A stretch of 64,000 bases of DNA. Source: a candidate division LCP-89 bacterium B3_LCP. Its GTDB lineage: Bacteria; Electryoneota; B3-LCP. The notes under the pieces are model-generated. The model was not told where the DNA came from. It saw only the letters and a program-made list of their open reading frames with translations, and did no database searches. Within the stretch, counting starts at the first letter, position 1, and every line of letters begins with the position of its first letter. The DNA is taken from assembly GCA_005223185.1 (NCBI GenBank), contig NJBN01000009.1, positions 1,321-65,320 on the forward strand. Reading direction: 5' to 3'. Positions 9,534 to 18,619 of this stretch are shown piece after piece. Position numbers and translations under genes: made by a program.

Positions 9534-10745
9534 TCATAACTTCTTACGACTGGTCGATTCGGGGCAAGGATGGAGAGCCCGCGCTTCTGTTGGAAGTAAT
9601 TTCATATATCTTAATCCCCAGCCAAACATGAACCCTATGACCCCAAATACTCCTAAAGCCTGCAGCACTTCCAGGAAACTGATAGAATAACTGGCAATTC
9701 CTTCCTCGATGGCTGAATGTGTTATCTCCATACCCGGGAAAATCTCTGGCGGATGGGTTAAACCCGGAATAACGATTACATATCTTTCACACAATACACC
9801 GAAGATCACCAGGCTGGATGCTAATACAATCCATTTAACCGATTTGCCCGTTTTTTTTCTGAAAAGAATCACAATGGGAATAACTAAGCCGATCAATATC
9901 AGCCCAATCCAGAAGAGTAAGCTGTGAATGCCTCCAAAGAGATAGTAAACAGCCGCGTGGCGTAATTCAATCACGTAAGCCCGGTATGAATTCTCCACGG
10001 CTATGAAATACAAAACCACGATAACGCAGATTGCCAGAAATCGACCAAGCCATACTATTAGTTCGTCATCCAGTCGCCGATTGGTTAATTTGAATAGCCC
10101 CACTATCATGATAATCATTAGCGCCGTACCAGACGCCATAGCAGCCGCAACGAAACTTGCTGGTAATAACGGAGATTCATAGAGCATTCTGGCGCCAAAA
10201 CCAAAAATAGCTCCGGTGCCGCTATGAACGCAGAAAGCCCATCCAAACGCCAGAGTTGCAACTACTGTCGTCAACTTTTTCCTCTCGGTGAACAGCGCCC
10301 AGAGGTAAACTACACAAATCAGGATATGCCCGATATACAATATTGGATTGATTGAGAACATCGATTGCAGATTGAAATGCACGAATGGTTGAATAAATAC
10401 CCGGTCCATCCTGCCCTGGTCAGTTAGAATCGATAGAAGACCGGCGATGAGGAAGAGCATGGCTAAATAAACAGCGATTCTGGCGAAGGGTTTGTATTCC
10501 AGCTTTCCGAAGACGCCGTATAGACCCGAAATCACCAGAGATCCAGCCGACAATCCGATGTAATAGACTGCCATTACAATCTGTAATCCCCAGGGAACGC
10601 GGCTGTACATGCCGGTAACCCACAGCCCTTTATTAATTATGTAGAACGTCGAAATCAGCCCTGTAATTGCCAGAGCTGCAAAGGCGATCATCGTCACACG
10701 GTATTCAAATGATCTTCCCTCAATGCTCTCGAACTTGATGTCCAT
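9534..10745 (-). CDS. NrfD/PsrC-family integral membrane quinone-interacting subunit (DsrP-like)
   Basis: 403 aa with about 10 hydrophobic helices. It sits directly downstream of a TAT-exported FeS protein and a cytochrome c, the classic NrfD-module arrangement. Confidence 0.7.
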   Translation of the reverse strand: MDIKFESIEGRSFEYRVTMIAFAALAITGLISTFYIINKGLWVTGMYSRVPWGLQIVMAVYYIGLSAGSLVISGLYGVFGKLEYKPFARIAVYLAMLFLIAGLLSILTDQGRMDRVFIQPFVHFNLQSMFSINPILYIGHILICVVYLWALFTERKKLTTVVATLAFGWAFCVHSGTGAIFGFGARMLYESPLLPASFVAAAMASGTALMIIMIVGLFKLTNRRLDDELIVWLGRFLAICVIVVLYFIAVENSYRAYVIELRHAAVYYLFGGIHSLLFWIGLILIGLVIPIVILFRKKTGKSVKWIVLASSLVIFGVLCERYVIVIPGLTHPPEIFPGMEITHSAIEEGIASYSISFLEVLQALGVFGVIGFMFGWGLRYMKLLPTEARALHPCPESTSRKKL

Positions 10746-10768
10746 TTAAACCCCTTGTAATTACAGGT

Positions 10769-11509
10769 TTATAAGCCAATATAGTGCACTTTAGGTGCTG
10801 TACCCAGGTCTTCCTTGAGGCGCTTGACGGCATTGTTCGTGATCAGTTCGGAAACATTGCTTGCCGGATCGTTCATATCGCCTACGAATAGAGCTTCAGC
10901 GCCAACCCTCTGGCAGGCTTCCACACAGGCAGGCATTTTACCAACGTCCAGGCGATGCGCACATAAGTGACATGATTCCGCTACACCATGAGATCTCCTG
11001 GGGCGTTCTTTGTTGGGCCACTCTTCAGTGTCTTTAAAATTAAAGCACCTGGCGTTGTAAGGGCAGGCAATCATACAATACCTGCAGCCTATGCATCGGT
11101 GGTGATCTATAATGACTATGCCGTCATCGCGTTTATATGTAGCCTGTACCGGACAGACTTGTGCGCAGGGCGGATTATCGCAGTGATTACACAGTAATAT
11201 CACTGATTTTTCAGTAGTCTTGGAACCGATCTTACCCTCGATTCTGACCTTCCTGATCCAGTGTATATCCCAGCGTTCGTCCCCTGACAGAGCGACATTA
11301 TTTTCATGACGGCAGGCATCCAGGCAGGCAGTGCAGTTTTCCTGGCATCTGTCGAGGTTAATGACCATACCCCACTTCCGTCCGGTTGACGGTACTTCCA
11401 ATTTCATCCAGGATGCACTGGAAGACGTTAAGAACTGGAAAGCATAAGCGCTGGAGGCTGCTAATAATATTGAGCCTCCCGCTGTTTTCACAAAATCTCT
11501 TCTGTCCAT
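10769..11509 (-). CDS. TAT-exported 4Fe-4S ferredoxin-type subunit (DsrO/NrfC/HybA-like)
   Basis: Twin-arginine signal MDRRDFVKTAGGSILLAASSAYA. Multiple CxxCxxCxxxCP motifs. Confidence 0.8.
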   Translation of the reverse strand: MDRRDFVKTAGGSILLAASSAYAFQFLTSSSASWMKLEVPSTGRKWGMVINLDRCQENCTACLDACRHENNVALSGDERWDIHWIRKVRIEGKIGSKTTEKSVILLCNHCDNPPCAQVCPVQATYKRDDGIVIIDHHRCIGCRYCMIACPYNARCFNFKDTEEWPNKERPRRSHGVAESCHLCAHRLDVGKMPACVEACQRVGAEALFVGDMNDPASNVSELITNNAVKRLKEDLGTAPKVHYIGL

Positions 11510-11547
11510 TATCTGTCTAACCTGTTTAATGCTGATTTATTAGCCTA

Positions 11548-11922
11548 TTACGGATAGTAATGACAGTCAAAGCAATCGGGCGTCAGGCTGGTAGCATCAT
11601 GGCATTTATTACAGAACCGTTCTCGGCTGGTATGACATTCCCTGCACTTGTTAAAGTTTATATCTTCTCTCTTTCCGTATCGAACCACTTCTTCTCGAAT
11701 TCCACGAAGGAGTTCCCAGTGGTGATAGCGCATGTATTCGGTATCTTTGATACAGTTTTTGTATTTTGGATCAGGTCTCTCTAAGAATAGTTGGGAACTC
11801 TGATCACCCTCAGTAGAGACCGAGGAAACAATGCTCCATACCAGCGGAAGCAAGATGAGAAGCACGATAATTACCACAGCTGCGATGCTTGCGTTTTTGC
11901 CCAATATTTCTTGAAGGTTCAT
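11548..11922 (-). CDS. Membrane-anchored triheme cytochrome c (DsrJ-like)
   Basis: N-terminal hydrophobic anchor. Three CxxCH motifs (CRECH, CNKCH, CFDCH). 124 aa. Confidence 0.65.
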   Translation of the reverse strand: MNLQEILGKNASIAAVVIIVLLILLPLVWSIVSSVSTEGDQSSQLFLERPDPKYKNCIKDTEYMRYHHWELLRGIREEVVRYGKREDINFNKCRECHTSRERFCNKCHDATSLTPDCFDCHYYP

Positions 11923-11943
11923 TGATAATCTCCGTTTTAAGGT

Positions 11944-13284
11944 CTATGAACCGTTCTGGGTAGTTGCATTTCCCTGCTCAGATGCAGTTTCTTCTTCCTG
12001 CCTGGGACTATCTTCTCCATCAGAGTTAACTGTCAGATTAGCATTAACCACAGTGGATATTTCCACGTTCCTGCCTGTATATTCGTCATATATCAGAGCA
12101 GTAGTGCGATAGAATATATGCGCCAACTTGGAATAAGGCAGGTAAAGTATTAACCCCAGGACAAAGACTAGATGCGTAAAGTAAGCTAAGTGTCTATGGG
12201 GATCTAAGCGAACGTAATGCAGCACTTCGGTGATATATCCAGTTATTACCACAATGAGGATCGTTCCTAAGAGCAACCAGTCGAAATATTTCCCTGTGTG
12301 GGCACTCTCTTTTCCTTTATAGCGATCCATGATCATCAAGAGAATGCCTGCTAATACCGCCGCGCCGCCCAGATTTGCTAAGATTTTCCAGGGACTCCAG
12401 AAGCTGAAAGGATAGATGAAATCGCCTTGTATAAAAGGATTTATCCTGATGGTAATTATCCAGAATGTCACCAGGCTTAATCCCGCAAAACCGAAAAGGA
12501 CCAACATGTGAGACCATAGCCGCGGCGCTGATTCCGTACATTTACTGAAGTCGTCGTGGAAGATAATCTTTTTTAGTGTTACGATGATACTGGAGAACAG
12601 GCTTTTAGCCGATGCGGGATTTTTCCGGGGGAAGGTAGTTTTCATGGCTTTCCAGAAGCGGATTGCACCGATAATTCCTGAAGCTGAAGCTAAGATACTG
12701 AAGAACATGAAGAAGCTGATCAGCAACCAGTGAGGAAACATACTGGAATAAGGATATATTATCCTTTCGCCTGTAGGTTCAATAATTCCTAAGACGTTGG
12801 CGATGGGGTCCTTCAGATATAATGCCAGGATAAGTAGCAGAGTGGGGATCGCTAAGAGGAAAATAACACTCTGAGGTTCGCTTGCCCATTTACCTAAAAA
12901 ACTAGGGAAGGACCAGCGAATTACACCAGCTTGGCGGATGCCTGCCATGACGTCACCGGGCTTGACGTCACGAGGGCATTTCGCTGAACAATCATTGCAC
13001 TGGTGGCAAAGCCAGACGTCCGGATCTCCCAAAAGAAGGTCTTTCATTCCCCAGGAAGCCCAGGCCATTTCCTTTCTGGGGAATGGCTCAGGATCCGGCG
13101 AAAGTTCGCAGGTTGCCGAGCAGGTTCCACACTGCATACATTTCTTATAAATGCCGGGCGTATGCTTGCCCAACATGCGGATGAAATCCAGATCCGGTTC
13201 GATTAATAAAGGTCTGCCGTTTTTGGAAAGAACAAAAGTGGTTTTGGGGGAATCTTCCGCTGAAATGTTCGGTTTATCCTGCAT
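11944..13284 (-). CDS. qmoC: QmoC-like subunit: HdrC-like 2x[4Fe-4S] domain fused to an HdrE-like heme-b membrane domain
   Basis: N-terminal CMQCGTCSATC and CHQCNDCSAKCP ferredoxin motifs, followed by about 6 TM helices with conserved His. No CCG motifs, so not DsrK. Confidence 0.65.
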   Translation of the reverse strand: MQDKPNISAEDSPKTTFVLSKNGRPLLIEPDLDFIRMLGKHTPGIYKKCMQCGTCSATCELSPDPEPFPRKEMAWASWGMKDLLLGDPDVWLCHQCNDCSAKCPRDVKPGDVMAGIRQAGVIRWSFPSFLGKWASEPQSVIFLLAIPTLLLILALYLKDPIANVLGIIEPTGERIIYPYSSMFPHWLLISFFMFFSILASASGIIGAIRFWKAMKTTFPRKNPASAKSLFSSIIVTLKKIIFHDDFSKCTESAPRLWSHMLVLFGFAGLSLVTFWIITIRINPFIQGDFIYPFSFWSPWKILANLGGAAVLAGILLMIMDRYKGKESAHTGKYFDWLLLGTILIVVITGYITEVLHYVRLDPHRHLAYFTHLVFVLGLILYLPYSKLAHIFYRTTALIYDEYTGRNVEISTVVNANLTVNSDGEDSPRQEEETASEQGNATTQNGS

Positions 13285-13373
13285 AACCTTCCCGCCAGTT
13301 TTAGCTGTGGTTTATCAAATATCTATTCCCAGAATATGCTGGCAAAAGAACAGTTACCAACACAAATTTTGTA

Positions 13374-15647
13374 TCACATCCCTTTAAATGGGTTCATGCC
13401 AATATCTTCGATCAACTCCGCAAAGTTGTTGAATATCTCAGGGAGTTTATGGTACTCGGATATCTGCAATTGATGGAGTTCTACTCTCTCGTTCTCCATC
13501 TGCATCTGTTCCAGTTTTTCCCTGATGTTTTCACCGCGGGAATCGGCCAATTCGCTACCCTTAATAAAGTGGCATTGATAGTCGTCCCCATACTTGCAGC
13601 CGATCAAGATAACTCCGTCAAAACCTTCCGATATAGCATCCTTTACCCAGGCAACATTCATCGATCCCAGACATCGTACCGGAATTATCCTGATGAAGGG
13701 ACTGTACTTCATGCGGTGCTGTCCCACCAGGTCCAAAGCCGGAAATGCGTCGTTTTCACAAAGAAGCGCCAAAATTCTCGGTTTCTCCTCATCCTCATCC
13801 GGTACTTCTACTGCCTTGATCATCGACGCTATGATATTAACCGAGTAATCTTTGAAGTTTACTATTCGTTCAGGACAAGCACCCATACAGACCCCACATC
13901 TTCGGCAGCGAGTGGGCCATGGCTCAGGGGTGCCTTTAGGATCCTCGTTGAGCACTCCGAAGGGACATTCCTCAGTACAACGTTTGCATTGAGTACAATT
14001 CTGCAAGAAGAAGTCCGGATAGGACTTATCACCTGCACGGGGATGAACCGCTTCCCCTCGTGAAGTCATTTCAATGCATTGAATTGCTTTTAATGCAGCT
14101 CCCGTTCCATCTTCTCTGCCTCCGATTCCGTCCATCGGTTGGCGGACAGATCCGGCAGGATAGATTCCGGTGCGTCTGCTTTCATAGGGGAAGCAGATGA
14201 AGTGCGAATCCGGAAAACCGTTCTGGAGTACATTCAGGTCGGGTCCCTGACGATATTCAAGGTTTAAGATCTCGGTTCCCTGGTGGTGTTTGAGCCGTTC
14301 AACAGTCTCAGCGGCTCTATCGCGTTGAATGTCAGATTCGCCCTCTGTTACAGCGACCCTTGCATCTTCCAGCGCCCTGATGGCTTCACCATCGGCAGAA
14401 TTAGGCGTCATTCCAGCAGCGAGAACAACTAAATCCACTTTAACTTGAATTTGTTCACCGGGCATGGTGTTCTTGGCAGTAACGGTAAGTTTCCCGTCGT
14501 CATCCCGTGAAACGTCGGCGACTTCTCCTCTGGTAAAGAATATTCCAGGATCTTCTTGTGTTTTGCGATAAAAATCCTCATAGAGTCCTGGCGTTCGCAT
14601 GAATTCATAGAAGATATATGCTTTGGCGTCATCGTCGCGCTCGCGCAGATATGAAGCTTGCTTCAGTGAGGTGAGACAGCATATCGAAGAGCAGTAAGAA
14701 TGGTGTTCTTTATCCCTGGATCCACCGCATTGTATGAACGCTATACTCTTTACTTCCTTACCATCAGATGGACGGGTTATGCGATCCTGGTTCTTGACCA
14801 TCTCTTCTAATTCAACGTTTCGAATGACGTCTTCAACTTTGCCATAGGGGAGAGTATCACGAGGTTCCACGGGCTTCCAGCCAGAAGCCTGGACTATGGA
14901 ACCCACCCGAAATGTATGCAGTACATCACTGTCCGGCTTGCCGTTTTTGGCCGATTTAATAGATACGTCAAACAAACCGGGAGCCCCGGTAATCTTGCTT
15001 GTTACAGCCGAGGTATATATTTTGATCTGCGTATTTCCCTTAACCTCCTCTATTAATTCATCGACGCCCGTGTCCTCTAAATCACGATATGGAGGTTTCG
15101 TGGGAATTGATTTATGCTGCTTGGCCAACCAGCCGCCCAATTGGTTAGTCTTCTCCACCAAATGGACTTTATACCCTGCCTTCGATGCTTCCAGCGCGGC
15201 CGTCAAACCGGTGATTCCACCGCCGACTACCAGGATGCTCTTATCGATGGCTTCCTCTGATTTGAAGGGTTCCACTGGTTCCATCTTCTGCAGTTTGGTT
15301 ATATACATGCGGAGATAATCTTCCGCCAGCATCTGGGTGTCTTCATCGTTTGCCGGTTGACACCATACGACGTGTTCCCGCAAGGCGACCTTTTCCACCA
15401 TCACATCCTGGGGAAACATATCGTCGGTATAGCAGCGCGGAGATATCCCCGCGATCAGCACTTTATTCAGCTCTTCTCTGGCGATATCTTCGTTGATAGA
15501 ATCCAGGACTGGCTTCTCGCAAGAATCAATCGTTTTACAGAAGGATACTTTATACTCGTCAGTGGCTACTTTGCACAAAGCGTCAATATCAAGTGCTTCA
15601 GATATTCCATAAGCCTTGCAAATAAAGATGCCAATTTTATCTTCCAT
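13374..15647 (-). CDS. qmoB: QmoB-like HdrA-family FAD flavoprotein with C-terminal MvhD-like domain
   Basis: 757 aa. Rossmann GxGxxG (LVVGGGITGLTAA). Cys-rich FeS motifs. C-terminal MvhD-like segment (…CENDAFPALD…RCLGS…GCKYGDDYQC). Confidence 0.7.
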   Translation of the reverse strand: MEDKIGIFICKAYGISEALDIDALCKVATDEYKVSFCKTIDSCEKPVLDSINEDIAREELNKVLIAGISPRCYTDDMFPQDVMVEKVALREHVVWCQPANDEDTQMLAEDYLRMYITKLQKMEPVEPFKSEEAIDKSILVVGGGITGLTAALEASKAGYKVHLVEKTNQLGGWLAKQHKSIPTKPPYRDLEDTGVDELIEEVKGNTQIKIYTSAVTSKITGAPGLFDVSIKSAKNGKPDSDVLHTFRVGSIVQASGWKPVEPRDTLPYGKVEDVIRNVELEEMVKNQDRITRPSDGKEVKSIAFIQCGGSRDKEHHSYCSSICCLTSLKQASYLRERDDDAKAYIFYEFMRTPGLYEDFYRKTQEDPGIFFTRGEVADVSRDDDGKLTVTAKNTMPGEQIQVKVDLVVLAAGMTPNSADGEAIRALEDARVAVTEGESDIQRDRAAETVERLKHHQGTEILNLEYRQGPDLNVLQNGFPDSHFICFPYESRRTGIYPAGSVRQPMDGIGGREDGTGAALKAIQCIEMTSRGEAVHPRAGDKSYPDFFLQNCTQCKRCTEECPFGVLNEDPKGTPEPWPTRCRRCGVCMGACPERIVNFKDYSVNIIASMIKAVEVPDEDEEKPRILALLCENDAFPALDLVGQHRMKYSPFIRIIPVRCLGSMNVAWVKDAISEGFDGVILIGCKYGDDYQCHFIKGSELADSRGENIREKLEQMQMENERVELHQLQISEYHKLPEIFNNFAELIEDIGMNPFKGM

Positions 15648-15651
15648 TAAA

Positions 15652-16914
15652 TCACTCTCCTCTGTTGAGGCATTGAATCGCTTTTAGTGTGGCTGCTGTC
15701 GAATCTTTCGTTGTGCGGGAGACGTCACACGGGCGCTTGGCACAGCCTACCGTGTACACGCCATCAAAGTTTGTAACTCCGTCTGTGAAGCCGTAGTCAT
15801 CGTATTTTAATTCAAAGGGAATCTTGAAGTCCGGAGTGTTGGGTACCATGCCGGTCGCCAGGACAACCATGTCGAATCCTTTATGGAGATTTTCTCGCGT
15901 TATGGTATCCTCCACATCCAGCACCAGATTTTCACTACCAGGTTCCTCACTGATCTTGGCGACCTTACCTTTGATGAATGAGACATTTTCATCTTCCAAC
16001 AGGTCGTAATAGAACTTTTCCTCACGGCCGATGGTACGAACGTCAATGTAGAAAACAGTTATCTTGGCGTTTTCGTTCTTCTCCCTGATGTATCTGACCT
16101 GCTTTAGTGAACCCATGCAGCAGACCGCCGAGCAGTAGGGGAGATGGTTCTCATCCCTCGATCCGGCACATTGCACGAAAGCTATGTTCTCAGCTTTCTT
16201 TCCGTCAGATGGGCGGACGATTTCCCCTGCTGTGGGACCACCCATAGCAGCCAATCGCTCCATCATAACGTTGGTGATCACGTTCTGGCATTGACCAAAT
16301 CCCAGGTAATCTAATTTTGTAGCATCGTATGGCCGCCACCCAGTAGCGATTATGACAGCGCCAATATCCACAGCAATCCTCTTCTCAGTCATCTCCAGAT
16401 CGATAGCTCCCGGAGGACAGATCTCGTTAAGTTTCTCAGCATCTGTCTCGGATAAGGCTTCCCGGTCAAGGACATAACCAGGAGGATAAGCCATGTCATG
16501 CGGCATGTATAATGCCTTGGTCTTATCCATCCCATAATTGAAGTCATTGACCCTTTCAGTTGTCAATTTCTCCGTCATGGAATCAGCTATCAAATGCATG
16601 TCGGTCACATACTTAGGTCTTATGCGGATTTTGGCTCTAAGATCACCTGCTTCGTCGGTGATCTCTTCCACCGTAGCCATAGTATGGACTGTGATTCTGG
16701 GATTTTGCTTTATTCTGCGCGTATTGATTTCAAATCCGCATGTTGGAGGACACATCTTTGGGAAATATCGGTGCATGCGCATCACGCGTCCACCTAAATA
16801 AGCTTCCTTTTCCACCAGGATAACCTTATATCCAATCTCAGCAGCATCCACTGCCGCCGTCATCCCTCCGATTCCACCTCCGATTACAAGAAGAGGTTTA
16901 GCATTAGCATTCAT
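15652..16914 (-). CDS. qmoA: QmoA-like HdrA-family FAD flavoprotein
   Basis: 420 aa. N-terminal GGGIGGMTAA dinucleotide-binding motif. HdrA-like Cys (CAGSRD…CS.VCC). Sits immediately upstream of qmoB with a 4-nt spacer. Confidence 0.7.
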   Translation of the reverse strand: MNANAKPLLVIGGGIGGMTAAVDAAEIGYKVILVEKEAYLGGRVMRMHRYFPKMCPPTCGFEINTRRIKQNPRITVHTMATVEEITDEAGDLRAKIRIRPKYVTDMHLIADSMTEKLTTERVNDFNYGMDKTKALYMPHDMAYPPGYVLDREALSETDAEKLNEICPPGAIDLEMTEKRIAVDIGAVIIATGWRPYDATKLDYLGFGQCQNVITNVMMERLAAMGGPTAGEIVRPSDGKKAENIAFVQCAGSRDENHLPYCSAVCCMGSLKQVRYIREKNENAKITVFYIDVRTIGREEKFYYDLLEDENVSFIKGKVAKISEEPGSENLVLDVEDTITRENLHKGFDMVVLATGMVPNTPDFKIPFELKYDDYGFTDGVTNFDGVYTVGCAKRPCDVSRTTKDSTAATLKAIQCLNRGE

Positions 16915-17474
16915 GAACCGACCTTTTATCTAAACTTAAACTGGTTACCAGTGTCGAGTATTATGCAAATTAGCTTGTAAAATGAAAAGGCACCACCAAT
17001 TCAACCCTCTGAGTTTGACTTAGGAGTGCCCATCAAGTTTGTCTAACTCAACCCGAGATGGCTGAATTTGGACTCGTGATTTGTGAAAGTGATTTATTTC
17101 TTAAAGTTAAGCCTGTAGAGCATCAATGTCAATATATATTCATTGATTTTATCTGTTGATTGTCAAGAATATTGTGTGAGGATCACTAATATTTTCCAAT
17201 TTGGTCGGATGCTACGATGAGCGAAATTCGACTATGACACACTAATTCATCTCATAGGGGAAGGTAATACATCGATAACAGAAATTGTCATTCCGGGAGG
17301 GCTCCAGCCCTGCCCGGTACGTAGTACTCCTACGGAGAATCCAGTGGAGAAAGGTAGAGCGAGGGTTTGCCCCCGTCCAAAAAGTGTGAAATATGAAAAG
17401 CACCAGAATCACAGATTTTCACTGATTAAACAGATGTCGCAGATAAAATCTGTTGAATCAGTGGTTTTGACAAT

Positions 17475-17500
17475 AAAAAACCCGACTCTAAGAGGTCGGG
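17475..17500 (-). terminator. Rho-independent terminator for the 17585-18127 gene
   Basis: On the minus strand: CCCGAC-loop-GTCGGG hairpin followed by a TTTTTT run. Confidence 0.6.
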
Positions 17501-17584
17501 TCACCCGTTCTGAAGAATTAAACCTTCAGTCGTCTATATCAGAGAGAACATAGATCCATATCATTCGATTGTTAGCTTTCATAC

Positions 17585-18127
17585 TTATTTGTTTTGTTGA
17601 ATTAGTTTATTTGCTAGTTCCATTTTAGCTTGGTCTCTTTTTGCCTCATCAGTGACCATACTTGTTGCGAGGAAAGACATAGAGACCTGTTGCATCGTGA
17701 CCAACTTATCATGGAAGAGATTAATTTGTTGAAGGGCCTTATTGTAAAGATAGAAGAACACTCCAGCAATGAACTCAGTTAGCATTCCGGCAATAGAGGA
17801 AAGGTATACGGCATTAAGATTGACATTGCCACTAAATGTAGAGAAGATGCTGATCCCAATCGCAATTGCCAGCAAAAAGAAACCAACAATAGCCATGATT
17901 CGACTAAGGCTAAAACTTTGTTGAGCTTGGATTCTAGTTTGTGCAATATACCCCTCAAGGGCTGCGATATTAATAAGAAGTATGTACTTAAATATTTCAT
18001 TCCCGGTAGCACTCTCTAGCTTGTCCGCATAAGTTTTCTTCTCTTTTGAAGCCTTGTCAACTACTTTAGAAAAGGCTTTTAACATTTCAGAAGCTGCTGC
18101 CCCAAGAAGAAACGGTTCCATCACCAT
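17585..18127 (-). CDS. Hypothetical small membrane protein (helical N-terminus plus 2 TM)
   Basis: 180 aa. Two long hydrophobic helices (IMAIVGFFLLAIAIGISIF; AGMLTEFIAGVFFYLY). No recognisable catalytic motifs. It has its own terminator. Confidence 0.4.
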   Translation of the reverse strand: MVMEPFLLGAAASEMLKAFSKVVDKASKEKKTYADKLESATGNEIFKYILLINIAALEGYIAQTRIQAQQSFSLSRIMAIVGFFLLAIAIGISIFSTFSGNVNLNAVYLSSIAGMLTEFIAGVFFYLYNKALQQINLFHDKLVTMQQVSMSFLATSMVTDEAKRDQAKMELANKLIQQNK

Positions 18128-18619
18128 ATTTTCCTCTAATTACTTTTTTATTTGTGGCCTTCCCGGTATGTCAGGTCTTCGCTTCGCTCAGAGTGACCGC
18201 TTTTAGAACAGCTCCTCCTACCTCGCTGGCTTACAGGGACGATACTAGAACTTTTAATGCCTGGGATCAGCTCTTTGAAATAGTAAATGCAGCGTAAGAA
18301 AATGGTGAATTAATTTACGGAAACTAATTGTCCAACTTCGCATATGCGGAATTCAATTTAGCTGGTATTATGCCAGCAGACGCGTAGCTGCTGATGAAAT
18401 GGTCGGGGATTCCCATGCAAAATCAGGTTGCTGTGTGACTATACAATAATAGAATCAATGGTATTAGAAGTCCCGGATTCTTCTTTTCGAACCGTTATAG
18501 CCATTGTTATATTTCATATTCTGTAACAAGTGATTATTATCTTGATAATAGGTAATTTATTTTTTATATTATTACATACAGATCGGAAGCTTCTGACTAA
18601 TCCTGTTTTAGGAGTGAAA

